64,000 bases of DNA, taken from an uncultured Acidobacteriota bacterium. Its GTDB lineage: Bacteria > Acidobacteriota > JAQAZP01. A model generated the notes under the pieces. It was given only the letters and a program-made list of their open reading frames with translations, was not told the origin of the DNA and made no database searches. The translations under genes and the position numbers were made by a program. Location: the NCBI GenBank assembly GCA_963836075.1, contig CAWIIB010000001.1, forward strand, positions 2,112,001-2,176,000. The letters run 5' to 3'. Below, piece by piece: positions 20,718 to 30,576 of this stretch; the stretch's first letter is position 1; every line of letters starts with the position of its first letter.

Positions 20718-21269
20718 TCACCGTTTTCCGCCCCTTCGCGACCCGGAGCGGCGTCCCCGGGTGGGCACGTCGCCACCGCTGTCAAGCCGGACCAGGGTTG
20801 ACGATGTGTTGGCGTGGCAGACGGCCACGGCCAGGGCATCGCTGACGTCCAGCGGGGACGGCGCGACCTCCAGACAGAGCAGCATCATCACCATCTGCTG
20901 CACCTGGGCCTTGTCCGCCCGGCCCACCCCCACCACCGCTTTCTTCACCGAGAGCGGCGGGTATTCACTCACCGGAATGCCGCGGTCCGCGGCGGCGGCC
21001 ATCACCGCGCCGCGAACATGGGCCAGTTTGATTGCCGACTTGACGTTGCGGGCAAAGAAGATGTCCTCCAGGGCAACCGCATCCGGCCGGTGCTCGTCGA
21101 GGACCTGGCCAAAACGGCGAAATATTTCCAGCAGACGCTGTTCGAAAGGACCTTTTCGCGGCGGGGTCACCGCCTCGGAGTGCACGTGGTGCAGGGCCGA
21201 GCCCTCGGCCCGGATCAACCCGATACCGGTGACCGCGATACCCGGGTCGACTCCTGCGATGAGGGGCAT
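20718..21269 (-). CDS. ruvC: Crossover junction endodeoxyribonuclease RuvC
   Basis: GVDPG, VALEDIFF, VKKAVVG.GRADKAQV, DVSDALAVAVCH. Confidence 0.96.
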   Translation of the reverse strand: MPLIAGVDPGIAVTGIGLIRAEGSALHHVHSEAVTPPRKGPFEQRLLEIFRRFGQVLDEHRPDAVALEDIFFARNVKSAIKLAHVRGAVMAAAADRGIPVSEYPPLSVKKAVVGVGRADKAQVQQMVMMLLCLEVAPSPLDVSDALAVAVCHANTSSTLVRLDSGGDVPTRGRRSGSRRGGKR

Positions 21270-21305
21270 CTGTCGTCCTGGACCGTTTTCCCGGCGGGAG
21301 CGCCG

Positions 21306-22043
21306 TCAGGTCAGCTGGCTCTCGTCGATGTCAAAGTTGGCAAAGACATTCTGCACGTCTTCGTGATCCTCGAACAGTTCGAGGATCCGGATCACCTGCA
21401 TGGCCTTCTTGCCCGACACTTCCACCGTGTTTTGAGGGATCATGGAAAGCTCGGCTTCCAGGGTCTCAACACCCTTGGCCTCCAGCGCCGTCTGGACATC
21501 GGGGAAGGCTTCGGGGCTGGTGAAGACCTCGAAGTTCTCCTCGTCGGCCTGCACGTCGTCGCCGCCGGCCTCCAGCACCAGTTCGATCAGGTCGTCTTCG
21601 GCAATGGCCGTGGAAGGGATGAGAAAGTAGCCCTTGCGATCGAACATCCAGGCCACCGAGTTGGCCGCGCCGAGGTTGCCGCCGTGCTTGTCAAAGAGGT
21701 GACGGATCTCCGGGGTGGTGCGGTTCTTGTTGTCGGTGAGCACTTCGATGATGATCGCCACGCCGCCCGGGCCATATCCCTCGTAGGTCCCTTCCTCGTA
21801 AGTTACGCCGGGAAGCTCGCCGGTGCCCTTCTGGATCGCCCGCTTGATGTTTTCGGCCGGCATGTTGGCCGTCTTGGCCGCCGCCAGGGCGCTGCGCAGG
21901 CGGGGGTTGCCGTCGGGGTCACCACCGCCCAGCCGGGCGGCCACGGTGATTTCCTTGATCACCCTGGTGAAAACCGCGCCCCGCTTGGCATCGGCCTTCC
22001 CCTTCTTGTGCTTGATGCTGCTCCATTTATTGTGGCCGGACAT
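21306..22043 (-). CDS. yebC: YebC/PmpR family protein
   Basis: MSGHNKWSSIKHKKG, NPRLR, YEGYGPGGVA, TDNKNRT, EDHEDVQNVFAN. Confidence 0.96.
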   Translation of the reverse strand: MSGHNKWSSIKHKKGKADAKRGAVFTRVIKEITVAARLGGGDPDGNPRLRSALAAAKTANMPAENIKRAIQKGTGELPGVTYEEGTYEGYGPGGVAIIIEVLTDNKNRTTPEIRHLFDKHGGNLGAANSVAWMFDRKGYFLIPSTAIAEDDLIELVLEAGGDDVQADEENFEVFTSPEAFPDVQTALEAKGVETLEAELSMIPQNTVEVSGKKAMQVIRILELFEDHEDVQNVFANFDIDESQLT

Positions 22044-22215
22044 GGGAGTTCTCCTTCAAAAGCGTGCAACCGGTAACTTGTTATAAACCCATATTTTACT
22101 ACAAGTTCATCGTCCGGTGGAAGAGGGCCGCAGCGCACCGGCGACCTTTCTCCCTGGTGACCCTGAGTATATACTACCGGACAACTTTCGATAAATACGC
22201 CCAGGGGAGCCGGAC

Positions 22216-23485
22216 ATGAAGAAGATGCTCCGTATCGTCACCATCCTGCTGTGCAACCTGGCCCTGCTCTTCCTGCTGCTGGAAGCGGCGGGTCTGGCCG
22301 TTTTCTATCGAACGGAGGGCGCGCTCTTCTACACCCGGACCACGGAAGAAGCCCCGGCCCAGCCGGCCGATCCCGGTGCGAGAATCTATTCCGAATATCG
22401 CTTCCAGCCCTACTGGGGGTTTTCCGCAAAACCGAACCGCAAGAGAGCCAAGGGCAAATATACCAACAACTACGGGTTCAGAGCCGACGTCGATTACCCG
22501 CTGCCCCGCAGCGATCGACGGCAGCTGATCATCGGCATCCTTGGCGGATCGGTGGGCGCCCAGTTCACCTGGTACGGTGGCGACCGGCTCAAGGAGGTGC
22601 TCTCCGCCGACCAGCGGTTCGCCGGCCGCGACCTGCTACTGCTCAGCTTCGCCGGCGGCGGCTACAAACAGCCGCAACAGCTGCAGATCCTGTCCTACTT
22701 CCTCTCCCAGGGCCAGGAGTTCGACCTGGTGATCAATATCGACGGCTTCAACGAGGTCGCCCTCTCACCCTTCAATCGCGGTTCGGGGCTGGCCCTGGCC
22801 ATGCCCAGCAGCCTGCACTTGCTGCCCCTGGTCAACCTGCTGGACAACTCCACGCTGACCCCCGAGCGGCTGCGTTCACTGTACCGGATCACCAGGCTTA
22901 AGGATCGGCTGAGCTCGGCCGCTTCCCGGAGGCGGGAAACCCGCAGTGCCGCGGTGCACCTGGTCCTGGACGTGTGGCACAAACGCCTCGACGCGGAATA
23001 CTCACGGGAAGTAAATCACTTTCAGAGCCTGGAGACCGAGGGGATGGCCACCTCCCTGATGGGTTTCGCCTCCCTGGAGAGCCAGGTGACCGATGTGGAA
23101 TCGATGTTTCACAACCTGGAGACCGGCTGGTCCGAGTCGTCCCTGCTGATGCACCAGATTCTCTCGGCCCGGGGAATCCCCTATTACCACTTCCTGCAGC
23201 CGAACCAGGTACTACACCGAACGGAGCTTCAGCCGGGAGGAGGAGGCGCTGGCCATCAAGGAGGAGTCCCTGGTGCGCGGTGACGCCGCCCGGGGCTACC
23301 CCCACCTGCAGGAGAAGGGCCTCTGGCTCCGGACGCAGGGCGTCAACTTCCACGACGCCACCGGCGTCTTCGACGACGAACCGGGAATCGTGTACGCCGA
23401 CAGTTGCTGCCACTACAGCCAGCTGGGCAACGAACTGCTGGCCGAATTCATCGCCGCCCGGGTCCTGGAAGACTGGCCCGAGTAA
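22216..23485 (+). pseudogene. Membrane-anchored SGNH-hydrolase-like protein, split by +1 frameshift at ~23209 (probably sequencing error)
   Basis: N-terminal TM, GGSV, DGFNE; removing one G from CAGGTAC restores QPNQYYTERSFSREEEAL... into ORF 23273-23485 (DSCCHY..GN). Confidence 0.7.
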
Positions 23486-26400
23486 TCATCTCACCGCAAT
23501 GGCATTTCCCCCGTGCGTAACGTTGCCGTCATAGGCTTCGAAGTCGATGGTGGTCATCGCCTCCGCGGTCCCGCCATCCACGTTCCAGCCCCGCACCATG
23601 CAGGTGTAGTCCTGCCCCGGTCCCGGAGCGGTGAGGATTTCGTCGAACTCGTCGCCGTCCAGGTCGCCGGCGCCCACCCGGGCGCCGTAGAGATAGCCGG
23701 GGTAGGCGATGAAGTTGACCCCGCCCATGGACGCGGCCGTTCCGCCATCCACGTTCCAGCCGCGGATGTGGGTAGCGAAGACCACACCGGGGCCCGGCCC
23801 GGTGACGATTTCGTCGAAACCGTCGGCGTCGAGGTCGCCGCAGGTGATGTTGACCCCGTATTTCAGTGTTCCGTAGGCGAAGAAGCTGACCCCGGGCATG
23901 GGGGCCACGGCAGCGCCGTCATAGTTCCACCCCCGGACGTGGGGCCCGTATACGGCCCCCGGCCCGGCGCCGGTGACGATCTCGTCGATCCCGTCACCAT
24001 CGATGTCGCCGCAGGCCACGTTGACCCCGTATTTCGGCGTGCCGTAAGCAAAATAGCTCACCGCGGGGATGGCGGACACGGCCACACCGTCGTGGTTCCA
24101 GCCGCGGACGTGGGGCCCGTAAACCGCACCGGGTCCGGCACCGGTGACGATCTCGTCGAACCCGTCGCCATCGATGTCACCGCAGGCCACGTTGACCCCG
24201 TATTTCGGTGTGCCGTAGGCGAAGAAACTGACATCACCCATCGGGCCGCCGGTGACCGACCAGCCGCGCACGTGGGGTCCGAAGACCGTACCAGGCCCCG
24301 GCCCGGTGACCAGGTCCAGCAGCCCGTCACCGTCGATGTCGCCACAGGCCACGTTGACCCCGTAACGGTCCACGCCGTATGCGGTGAACGAGGTCAGCGG
24401 CACCTCGGGAGAAAGGGCACTGAACAGCCGCACCTCGGGGGGATTGTCCGGGCCGGGCCCCGGACCGGTGATGATCAACGGGGCGGCTTCCGCCGAGACC
24501 ACGGCCAGCGCGTCCGGGCCGGGGCAGGCGGCCAGCACGGACCGGGCCGCCGGCGAGTAGGTGAAACTGCAGGGGCCGGCGGGCGTGGCATAGGCCACTC
24601 CACCCCAGTGGACGTGGCCGGCATCGTCGCCGGAGGCGCTGGTCAGGGCCAGCAGGCTACCCGCCTCGTCAAAGGCCACGTCTATCACGCTGCCGTAGGC
24701 CGAGAAGTTGTCAGTGCCCTGCACCGCGCCGGTGGCCGGCTCGACATGGAGCACGGTCCTGGCGGTCATTACGCCGATCCCGAACTGGTCCAGCGCCGGG
24801 TTCCAGGCCACCCGCAGCGGTGCGTCACCACAGCTGAAGGTGCCCACCACCGAAGAGGCGGCGCCGTCGACCCGCAGTATGGAGTAGCTGTCGGCAAAGT
24901 AGTTGGTCACCACCGCGTAATCCCCGGTGCCGTCAAAGGCCACCTGGACCGGGAAGTCACCCACGGTGAGCGAGGCCACCACGCTGTTGCTGGCGGTGTC
25001 GATGACCTTCACCTGGTCGTCAAAGGAGGCGGCCACCAGCACCTCGTCGCCATCGGGGCTGCAGGCCACGCCGCTGGAGACCCCGTAGGCGGCCCAGACC
25101 ACGCCGATCACCCCGCAGGGGATCTCGGCCACCTCGCTGGAGTCCGCGCCGTCCAGCTGCACCACCGAGATGGTGTTGGCCGAGATGTTGCCCACGTACG
25201 CCTGGCTGTCGTCGGGGGCCAGGGCCAGCACCCCGGGACGGCTGCCGCAGGGCACGTCGGCCACCACGCTGTTGGTCTGCAGGTCGACGATCTTCACCGT
25301 GCCGGTTTCGAAGGCGCAGATCACGGCCCACCTCGAATCGCTGGTGATCGCCACGTCCTGCACCCGGTCGCCGATGGGCAGCACCGCCTCCACCATGCCC
25401 GTGGTGAGGTCGATGATCGAGGCGTTGTCGGAAAGGACATTGGTGGCCACCGCCGTGGTCCCGTCGGGGCTCACGGCCACCCGCCGCGTGGCGTCCCCCT
25501 CCGGGTCGAGACCCGAGGGTGTGGAGCCGCGGTAGAGGGACCCGTCCAGCCCCGCGTAGTCGTAGAAATAGACGCTCTCGCTGAAGATGGGGTGGAAGGC
25601 GGCCACCCGGGTGCCCGCGCTGGAGACCGCGCCGTGGTCCAGCGCGTAGCCCTGGTACTGGCCGAGCAGCGACTCGGTGGCGAAGTCGAGGACCGAGAAG
25701 CGGTACTGCATGCCGATGGCCAGGCTGTGGTCCGGGGAGGTGCCGATGTCAAAGGGAGTGTAGGTGGAGGTGAGGATGGAGAAATCGCCGGTGCCGAAAC
25801 GGACAAAGGCGCTGCTGTTGTCGCTCACCCCCAGGTAGGCCTTGGCCCCGGTGTAGTCCACACCCACCGCGGTGGTGGAGAGCGAGTAGCCGGTGACCGT
25901 CACCGCGGCGTCCACCATGCGGCTGGCCAGGTCCACCCGGCGGGCCACCGTGGGGGTGGCGTATTCCACCAGCACCGCTTTCAGGCCGTCACCGGAGAGC
26001 CCGATGGCCGCCGCGTTGCCCATCCCGGTCACCGTGTAGTCCCTGGCCCCGGTGGTGGTGTTGATGAAGAAGAGATTGTCGTCCCGGTCAAAAGCAAGCA
26101 GGTGGTTGCCGTCGGGGGTGACCTCGAAACCGGTGAACTCCACACTGGTCCGGCCGCTCTCCGAACCCCAGGACCAGGAGAGGAGCGAGATGGGGTAGTC
26201 GGGGATCGACATCACGTGGGACAGCGTGTTGAGGTCGATCACCTCACAGACATCGTCGATGTCGCAGGCCACGTAGGCCCGGCTGTTGTCGGGGCTGATC
26301 CGCACCACCCAGGGCTGCTCGGCGGTGTCGAACACCGCGGCAGTGCTGTAGTCACTGAGGTCGATGACGTGCACCGTGTCGTCGAAGGCGCAGGCCACCA

Positions 26401-26785
26401 CCGCGTAGTCGTTGGTGGCCGCCACGCCCCCGGGATAGACGCCCACGTCCACATTGGCCAGGGCGGCCATGGTGGTCCAGTCGAAGACAGTGAGGTTCTC
26501 GGTGATCGAGTTGGTCACCAGCACCCGGCCGCCGTCGGGGGTGAAGGCGACGGCGCCCATGTAATCTCCCTCGGGTGCCGGCCCGGGGTCGATGGACCAG
26601 CTGGTCATGTTACGGCTGCCGCCACGGCCGGCCAGCACCTGGTCCGCGGTCTGGCCGGGCAGGGCCCAGGACCGGCGGATACCCGGTTCACCGTTCGGAT
26701 CGGCGAGCTTGAGCGCCTCATCGGCCTGGGTGGGAAACACAACGATCACCAGCAATAGAACGAGGGCAACTACACGGGGTCTCAT
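23486..26785 (-). CDS. Large secreted YVTN/YncE-type beta-propeller protein with C-terminal FG-GAP repeat module
   Basis: Signal peptide; repeated VAFTPDG/VAVSPDG blades with V.VG..P turns; last ~330 aa are TGPGPG..GPHVRGW..AYG..YGVNVACGD.DGDG repeats. Confidence 0.85.
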   Translation of the reverse strand: MRPRVVALVLLLVIVVFPTQADEALKLADPNGEPGIRRSWALPGQTADQVLAGRGGSRNMTSWSIDPGPAPEGDYMGAVAFTPDGGRVLVTNSITENLTVFDWTTMAALANVDVGVYPGGVAATNDYAVVACAFDDTVHVIDLSDYSTAAVFDTAEQPWVVRISPDNSRAYVACDIDDVCEVIDLNTLSHVMSIPDYPISLLSWSWGSESGRTSVEFTGFEVTPDGNHLLAFDRDDNLFFINTTTGARDYTVTGMGNAAAIGLSGDGLKAVLVEYATPTVARRVDLASRMVDAAVTVTGYSLSTTAVGVDYTGAKAYLGVSDNSSAFVRFGTGDFSILTSTYTPFDIGTSPDHSLAIGMQYRFSVLDFATESLLGQYQGYALDHGAVSSAGTRVAAFHPIFSESVYFYDYAGLDGSLYRGSTPSGLDPEGDATRRVAVSPDGTTAVATNVLSDNASIIDLTTGMVEAVLPIGDRVQDVAITSDSRWAVICAFETGTVKIVDLQTNSVVADVPCGSRPGVLALAPDDSQAYVGNISANTISVVQLDGADSSEVAEIPCGVIGVVWAAYGVSSGVACSPDGDEVLVAASFDDQVKVIDTASNSVVASLTVGDFPVQVAFDGTGDYAVVTNYFADSYSILRVDGAASSVVGTFSCGDAPLRVAWNPALDQFGIGVMTARTVLHVEPATGAVQGTDNFSAYGSVIDVAFDEAGSLLALTSASGDDAGHVHWGGVAYATPAGPCSFTYSPAARSVLAACPGPDALAVVSAEAAPLIITGPGPGPDNPPEVRLFSALSPEVPLTSFTAYGVDRYGVNVACGDIDGDGLLDLVTGPGPGTVFGPHVRGWSVTGGPMGDVSFFAYGTPKYGVNVACGDIDGDGFDEIVTGAGPGAVYGPHVRGWNHDGVAVSAIPAVSYFAYGTPKYGVNVACGDIDGDGIDEIVTGAGPGAVYGPHVRGWNYDGAAVAPMPGVSFFAYGTLKYGVNITCGDLDADGFDEIVTGPGPGVVFATHIRGWNVDGGTAASMGGVNFIAYPGYLYGARVGAGDLDGDEFDEILTAPGPGQDYTCMVRGWNVDGGTAEAMTTIDFEAYDGNVTHGGNAIAVR

Positions 26786-26892
26786 CTTCTGCTCCTCCTC
26801 GATTGAGTGACGACAGTATGGCGGGGTGGGGCGGAATGGTAACCCGGGCCCCTGGCGAAGAATATCTTACCACGACAGGATCATGAGGAGGA

Positions 26893-28815
26893 TCAGCCGA
26901 CCATTTCCCGCAGCCGGGATTCGCACTCCCCGTCCACCAGGACCACCAGCCGGTTGCCGGCGGACAGAGAGGTGTCCGGGGAGGGATTGGTGCTGACCCC
27001 GTGCTCTCCGTGTACGGCCAGCACCGTGGCTCCGGTGACCCGGCGCAAATCCAGCTCGCGAATGCTGCGGCCGGCGGCAGGGCTGTCGGCGGCCACCTCC
27101 ACTTCAACCAGGCGCAGGCGCTCGCCAAAAGGCAGCAGTTCCCCCAACTCGGAAAGCTGGTCACTGGAGCGCAGGACTCCGTAATGCTGCCGCCGCAGCA
27201 TCATCTTTTCCTTGAGAATCGCCATCGGCGGCGCGCCGTAGATCTCCAGGGCACGGCCCACCAGCTCGAGGGAGGTCTCGAACTCCTCGGGCACCACCTG
27301 GTTTGCGCCAAGATCCTCCAGCGGCTTCACCTCACGGACAAAGCGGGTGCGGGCGATGATGGTCACACCGGGAGCCAGTCGCCGTGCCGCAGTCACAACC
27401 TCCCGGGTGGCCGCGGCGTCGGGGATGGCGACGATGACACCCCGTGCCGCGTGGACCCCGGCCGCCCGCAGCACCGACTCCCGCCCGGCGTCGCCATAGA
27501 CCGCAGGATCCCCCTGTTCCTCCAGCTCGCGCACGGTGTGGGGGTTGAGGTCCACCACCGCATGGGGCACTTCCAGCAGGCCCAGGGCACGGTGGACATT
27601 GCGGCCGTTGACACCGAAGCCGACGATCACCATGTGGTCCTCGAGGCCCACACCGGCACAGTCGATGCGGCAGTGGTCGGCGATCCGCCGGGCCCAGGCA
27701 TTGAGTCCGGGGGTGAGGATCATCGTCGGCACGGCAACAGCCAGGAACAGTTTCTGGTTCGATCCCGGGGGGATGCCCAGGCGCACGGCCTCCGCTGCCA
27801 CCACCACCGAGAACTCGCCGATCTGGCCCAGGCCCAGACCCACCGCGATAGCCAGTCGTGGATCACGAACCGCCGGCCAGATGGCCAGGGAGGCCAGCAG
27901 AGCCTTGCCGGCCACCACTGCCGCCACCAGGCCGAGGGCGACCAGCGGACGCGAGATCCAGACCGAGGGGTCGACCAGCATCCCCAGTGAAACGAAGAAG
28001 ACGCTGTTGAACACGTCGCGCAACGGGGTGATGTCGTCCACCATCCGGCTGACATACTCCGATTCCGAGACCACCATCCCGGCGAGAAAGGCGCCCAGGG
28101 CCATGGAGAGGCCGAACTGGCCGAAGACCAGGGCGGTGCCCACCGCCACCAGCACCGTGGTCAGCGTGAACAGCTCGCGGCTGCCGGCGGCCACCACCCG
28201 GGCGGCCAGGGCCGGGAAAACCACCCGCGCACCGAGAACGGTGATGGTGATGACAGCCAGCGCCCGGACCAGGAACCAGGCCACCTCGCCGGTGCTGCCC
28301 TGCTGACCGGCCAGCAGGGGCAGGGCCAGCATGATCGGGACCACCGCCAGGTCCTGCAGCAGGAGGATGCCGATCATCCCCCGCCCGAGGGGGCTCGAGG
28401 TCTGCCCCGACCCCTCCAGCAGGAACATCACCAGGGCGGTGGAGGAGAGGGCCACCACCATCCCCCAGACCACCGCCTCCACGCCCGGCCGCCCGAGAGC
28501 CAGGGCCACCCCGGCGGCCGCCGCCCCGGTGGCCGCCACCTGAAGCGTTCCCGAGCCGAACACCGTGCCCTTCATCCGCCAGAGGTCACTCAGCTTGATC
28601 TTCAGGCCTACGGTGAAGAGCAGCAGCATCACTCCCACCTCGGCCACCACCTCGATGGTGTGGCGGTTGGTGACCAGCCGCAGGCCGCCCGGTCCCACCA
28701 GGATGCCGACGAGGATAAACCCCACCACCGGCGGCAGGCGCAATTTGCGTAGCAAGAGGGCCGCCAGCACCGACCCGGCCATCACCACCACCAGCTCCAC
28801 CAGAACTTCGTGCAT
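26893..28815 (-). CDS. CPA2 cation:proton antiporter (KefB/KefC-like) with TrkA-N and TrkA-C domains
   Basis: Many TM helices, [23 protein letters not shown]; GFGVNG and YGDA (RCK-N); C-terminal RCK-C. Confidence 0.9.
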   Translation of the reverse strand: MHEVLVELVVVMAGSVLAALLLRKLRLPPVVGFILVGILVGPGGLRLVTNRHTIEVVAEVGVMLLLFTVGLKIKLSDLWRMKGTVFGSGTLQVAATGAAAAGVALALGRPGVEAVVWGMVVALSSTALVMFLLEGSGQTSSPLGRGMIGILLLQDLAVVPIMLALPLLAGQQGSTGEVAWFLVRALAVITITVLGARVVFPALAARVVAAGSRELFTLTTVLVAVGTALVFGQFGLSMALGAFLAGMVVSESEYVSRMVDDITPLRDVFNSVFFVSLGMLVDPSVWISRPLVALGLVAAVVAGKALLASLAIWPAVRDPRLAIAVGLGLGQIGEFSVVVAAEAVRLGIPPGSNQKLFLAVAVPTMILTPGLNAWARRIADHCRIDCAGVGLEDHMVIVGFGVNGRNVHRALGLLEVPHAVVDLNPHTVRELEEQGDPAVYGDAGRESVLRAAGVHAARGVIVAIPDAAATREVVTAARRLAPGVTIIARTRFVREVKPLEDLGANQVVPEEFETSLELVGRALEIYGAPPMAILKEKMMLRRQHYGVLRSSDQLSELGELLPFGERLRLVEVEVAADSPAAGRSIRELDLRRVTGATVLAVHGEHGVSTNPSPDTSLSAGNRLVVLVDGECESRLREMVG

Positions 28816-28948
28816 CGATTTTCACCTCTCCGGTTGGCCTGTCATTCTACCCGATGACCACCGGTTCATGCACGGTGTCGCCGCTGCGGTATGGGCACCA
28901 CCGCGGCAGAATGGTAGTATTGGTGCCGTTGTGACGGAAGGAGGCGAA

Positions 28949-30475
28949 TTGAAGAAGAAACGCATATTCACGTCCCTGTTCAACTGGATGCTGGAGTGGG
29001 TGGAAAAGATCGGCAATGCCCTGCCCCACCCGGCCACCCTTTTCGCCATCTTTGCGGTTACCACCATCCTCCTCTCCGGTGTGGCCAGCTATTTCGATTG
29101 GCAGGCGGTTCACCCTGGTGATGGATCGCTGATCGAGCCGGTGAACCTGATCTCCAAGGAAGGCCTGCACCGGATTCTGCTCAACCTGGTTCGCAACTAC
29201 ACCGATTTCGCTCCCCTGGGCATCGTGATGGTGGCCATGCTGGGCATCGGCATCGCCGAGAGCAGCGGCCTGATCAACGCCGGCATCCGCCTGCTGGTGC
29301 TTTCCGCTCCCAAACAGCTGCTGACGTTCATCCTGGTCTTTGCCGGCGTGCTGTCCAACATGGCCAGCGACATCGGCTACGTGCTGCTGATCCCCCTTGC
29401 CGGCATCATCTTCCTCGCCGTGGACCGCCACCCGGTGGCCGGGATGGCCGCCGCCTTCGCCGGCGTTTCCGGCGGGTTCAGTGCCAACCTCTTCATCGGC
29501 ACCATCGACCCGCTGCTGGCCGGGCTGTCCGAAGAGGCCGCGAGAATCCTCGATCCGGCCTACACGGTGAACCCCACGGCCAACTACTACTTCATGGTGG
29601 TATCCACCATCCTCATCTCGCTCACCGGGACATGGGTCACCGAGAAGATCGTGGTGCCGCGCCTGGGTGAATACAAGGGTGACGCCCCGAAAGAAAAAAT
29701 CGACAAGCTGACCCACGGGGAAAAGCGAGGGCTGCTGTATTGCCTGATCACTACAGTCGTGGTTCTGGTGGTCATCCTCATCGGCATCCTCCCCGAGAAC
29801 GGGCTTCTCCGGGCGGAGGACGGCGGCGTGCTCAACTCACCGCTGATCAAGGGCGTGGTGGCGCTGCTCTTCATCGTCGCCGGACTGATGGGCCTGGCTT
29901 ACGGTTTTGCCGCCGGAACCTTCAGAAGCGAAACCGACGTGGTCACCGGCATGTCCAAGGCAATGCAGACCCTGGGACTCTACCTGGTGCTGGTCTTTTT
30001 CGCCGCCCAGTTCGTCGCCTTCTTCAAGTGGTCGAACCTCGGGGTCATCATGGCGATCACCGGCGCCGACGTGCTGAAGGCCTCGGGGTTGGGGGTCATC
30101 CCGCTGATGATCATGTTCATCATCCTCTCGGCCTCGATCAACATGCTGATGGGCAGCGCCTCGGCCAAGTGGGCGCTGATGGCGCCGATCTTCATCCCCA
30201 TGTTCATGCTGCTGGGCTACTCCCCCGAGCTGACCCAGGTGGTCTACCGCATCGGCGACAGCGTCTCCAACCTCATCTCACCGATGATGAGCTTCTTCGC
30301 CCTGATCATCGCCTTTATCCAGAAGTACGACAGCAAGGCCGGCATCGGCACCATCATCGCCACCATGCTGCCATACTCCGTCGCCTTCTTCCTCGTCTGG
30401 ACCGCCCTGCTGATCACCTGGATCCTGCTCGGCCTGCCCCTGGGCCCCGGCGCCGGCCTGTACTACACGATGTAG
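28949..30475 (+). CDS. abgT: AbgT family transporter
   Basis: [59 protein letters not shown]; TTG start after GGAGG. Confidence 0.92.
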   Translation: MKKKRIFTSLFNWMLEWVEKIGNALPHPATLFAIFAVTTILLSGVASYFDWQAVHPGDGSLIEPVNLISKEGLHRILLNLVRNYTDFAPLGIVMVAMLGIGIAESSGLINAGIRLLVLSAPKQLLTFILVFAGVLSNMASDIGYVLLIPLAGIIFLAVDRHPVAGMAAAFAGVSGGFSANLFIGTIDPLLAGLSEEAARILDPAYTVNPTANYYFMVVSTILISLTGTWVTEKIVVPRLGEYKGDAPKEKIDKLTHGEKRGLLYCLITTVVVLVVILIGILPENGLLRAEDGGVLNSPLIKGVVALLFIVAGLMGLAYGFAAGTFRSETDVVTGMSKAMQTLGLYLVLVFFAAQFVAFFKWSNLGVIMAITGADVLKASGLGVIPLMIMFIILSASINMLMGSASAKWALMAPIFIPMFMLLGYSPELTQVVYRIGDSVSNLISPMMSFFALIIAFIQKYDSKAGIGTIIATMLPYSVAFFLVWTALLITWILLGLPLGPGAGLYYTM

Positions 30476-30576
30476 CCACATCGGGCGCAGCTGCCGATCG
30501 AACCGGTCACCATCCTTTGACGTAATATCTGTCAAGAACACAACCGAATCATCTGGCCCCTTGTCATTATTGCGAT

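Noticed and set aside
23560-24480. Regularly spaced ~175-bp DNA repeats resembling an array (also 32300-33100)
   Set aside because: In-frame FG-GAP coding repeats with synonymous variation; not CRISPR, and no cas genes
23513-26758. 1081-aa plus-strand ORF
   Set aside because: Mirror frame of the beta-propeller/FG-GAP gene
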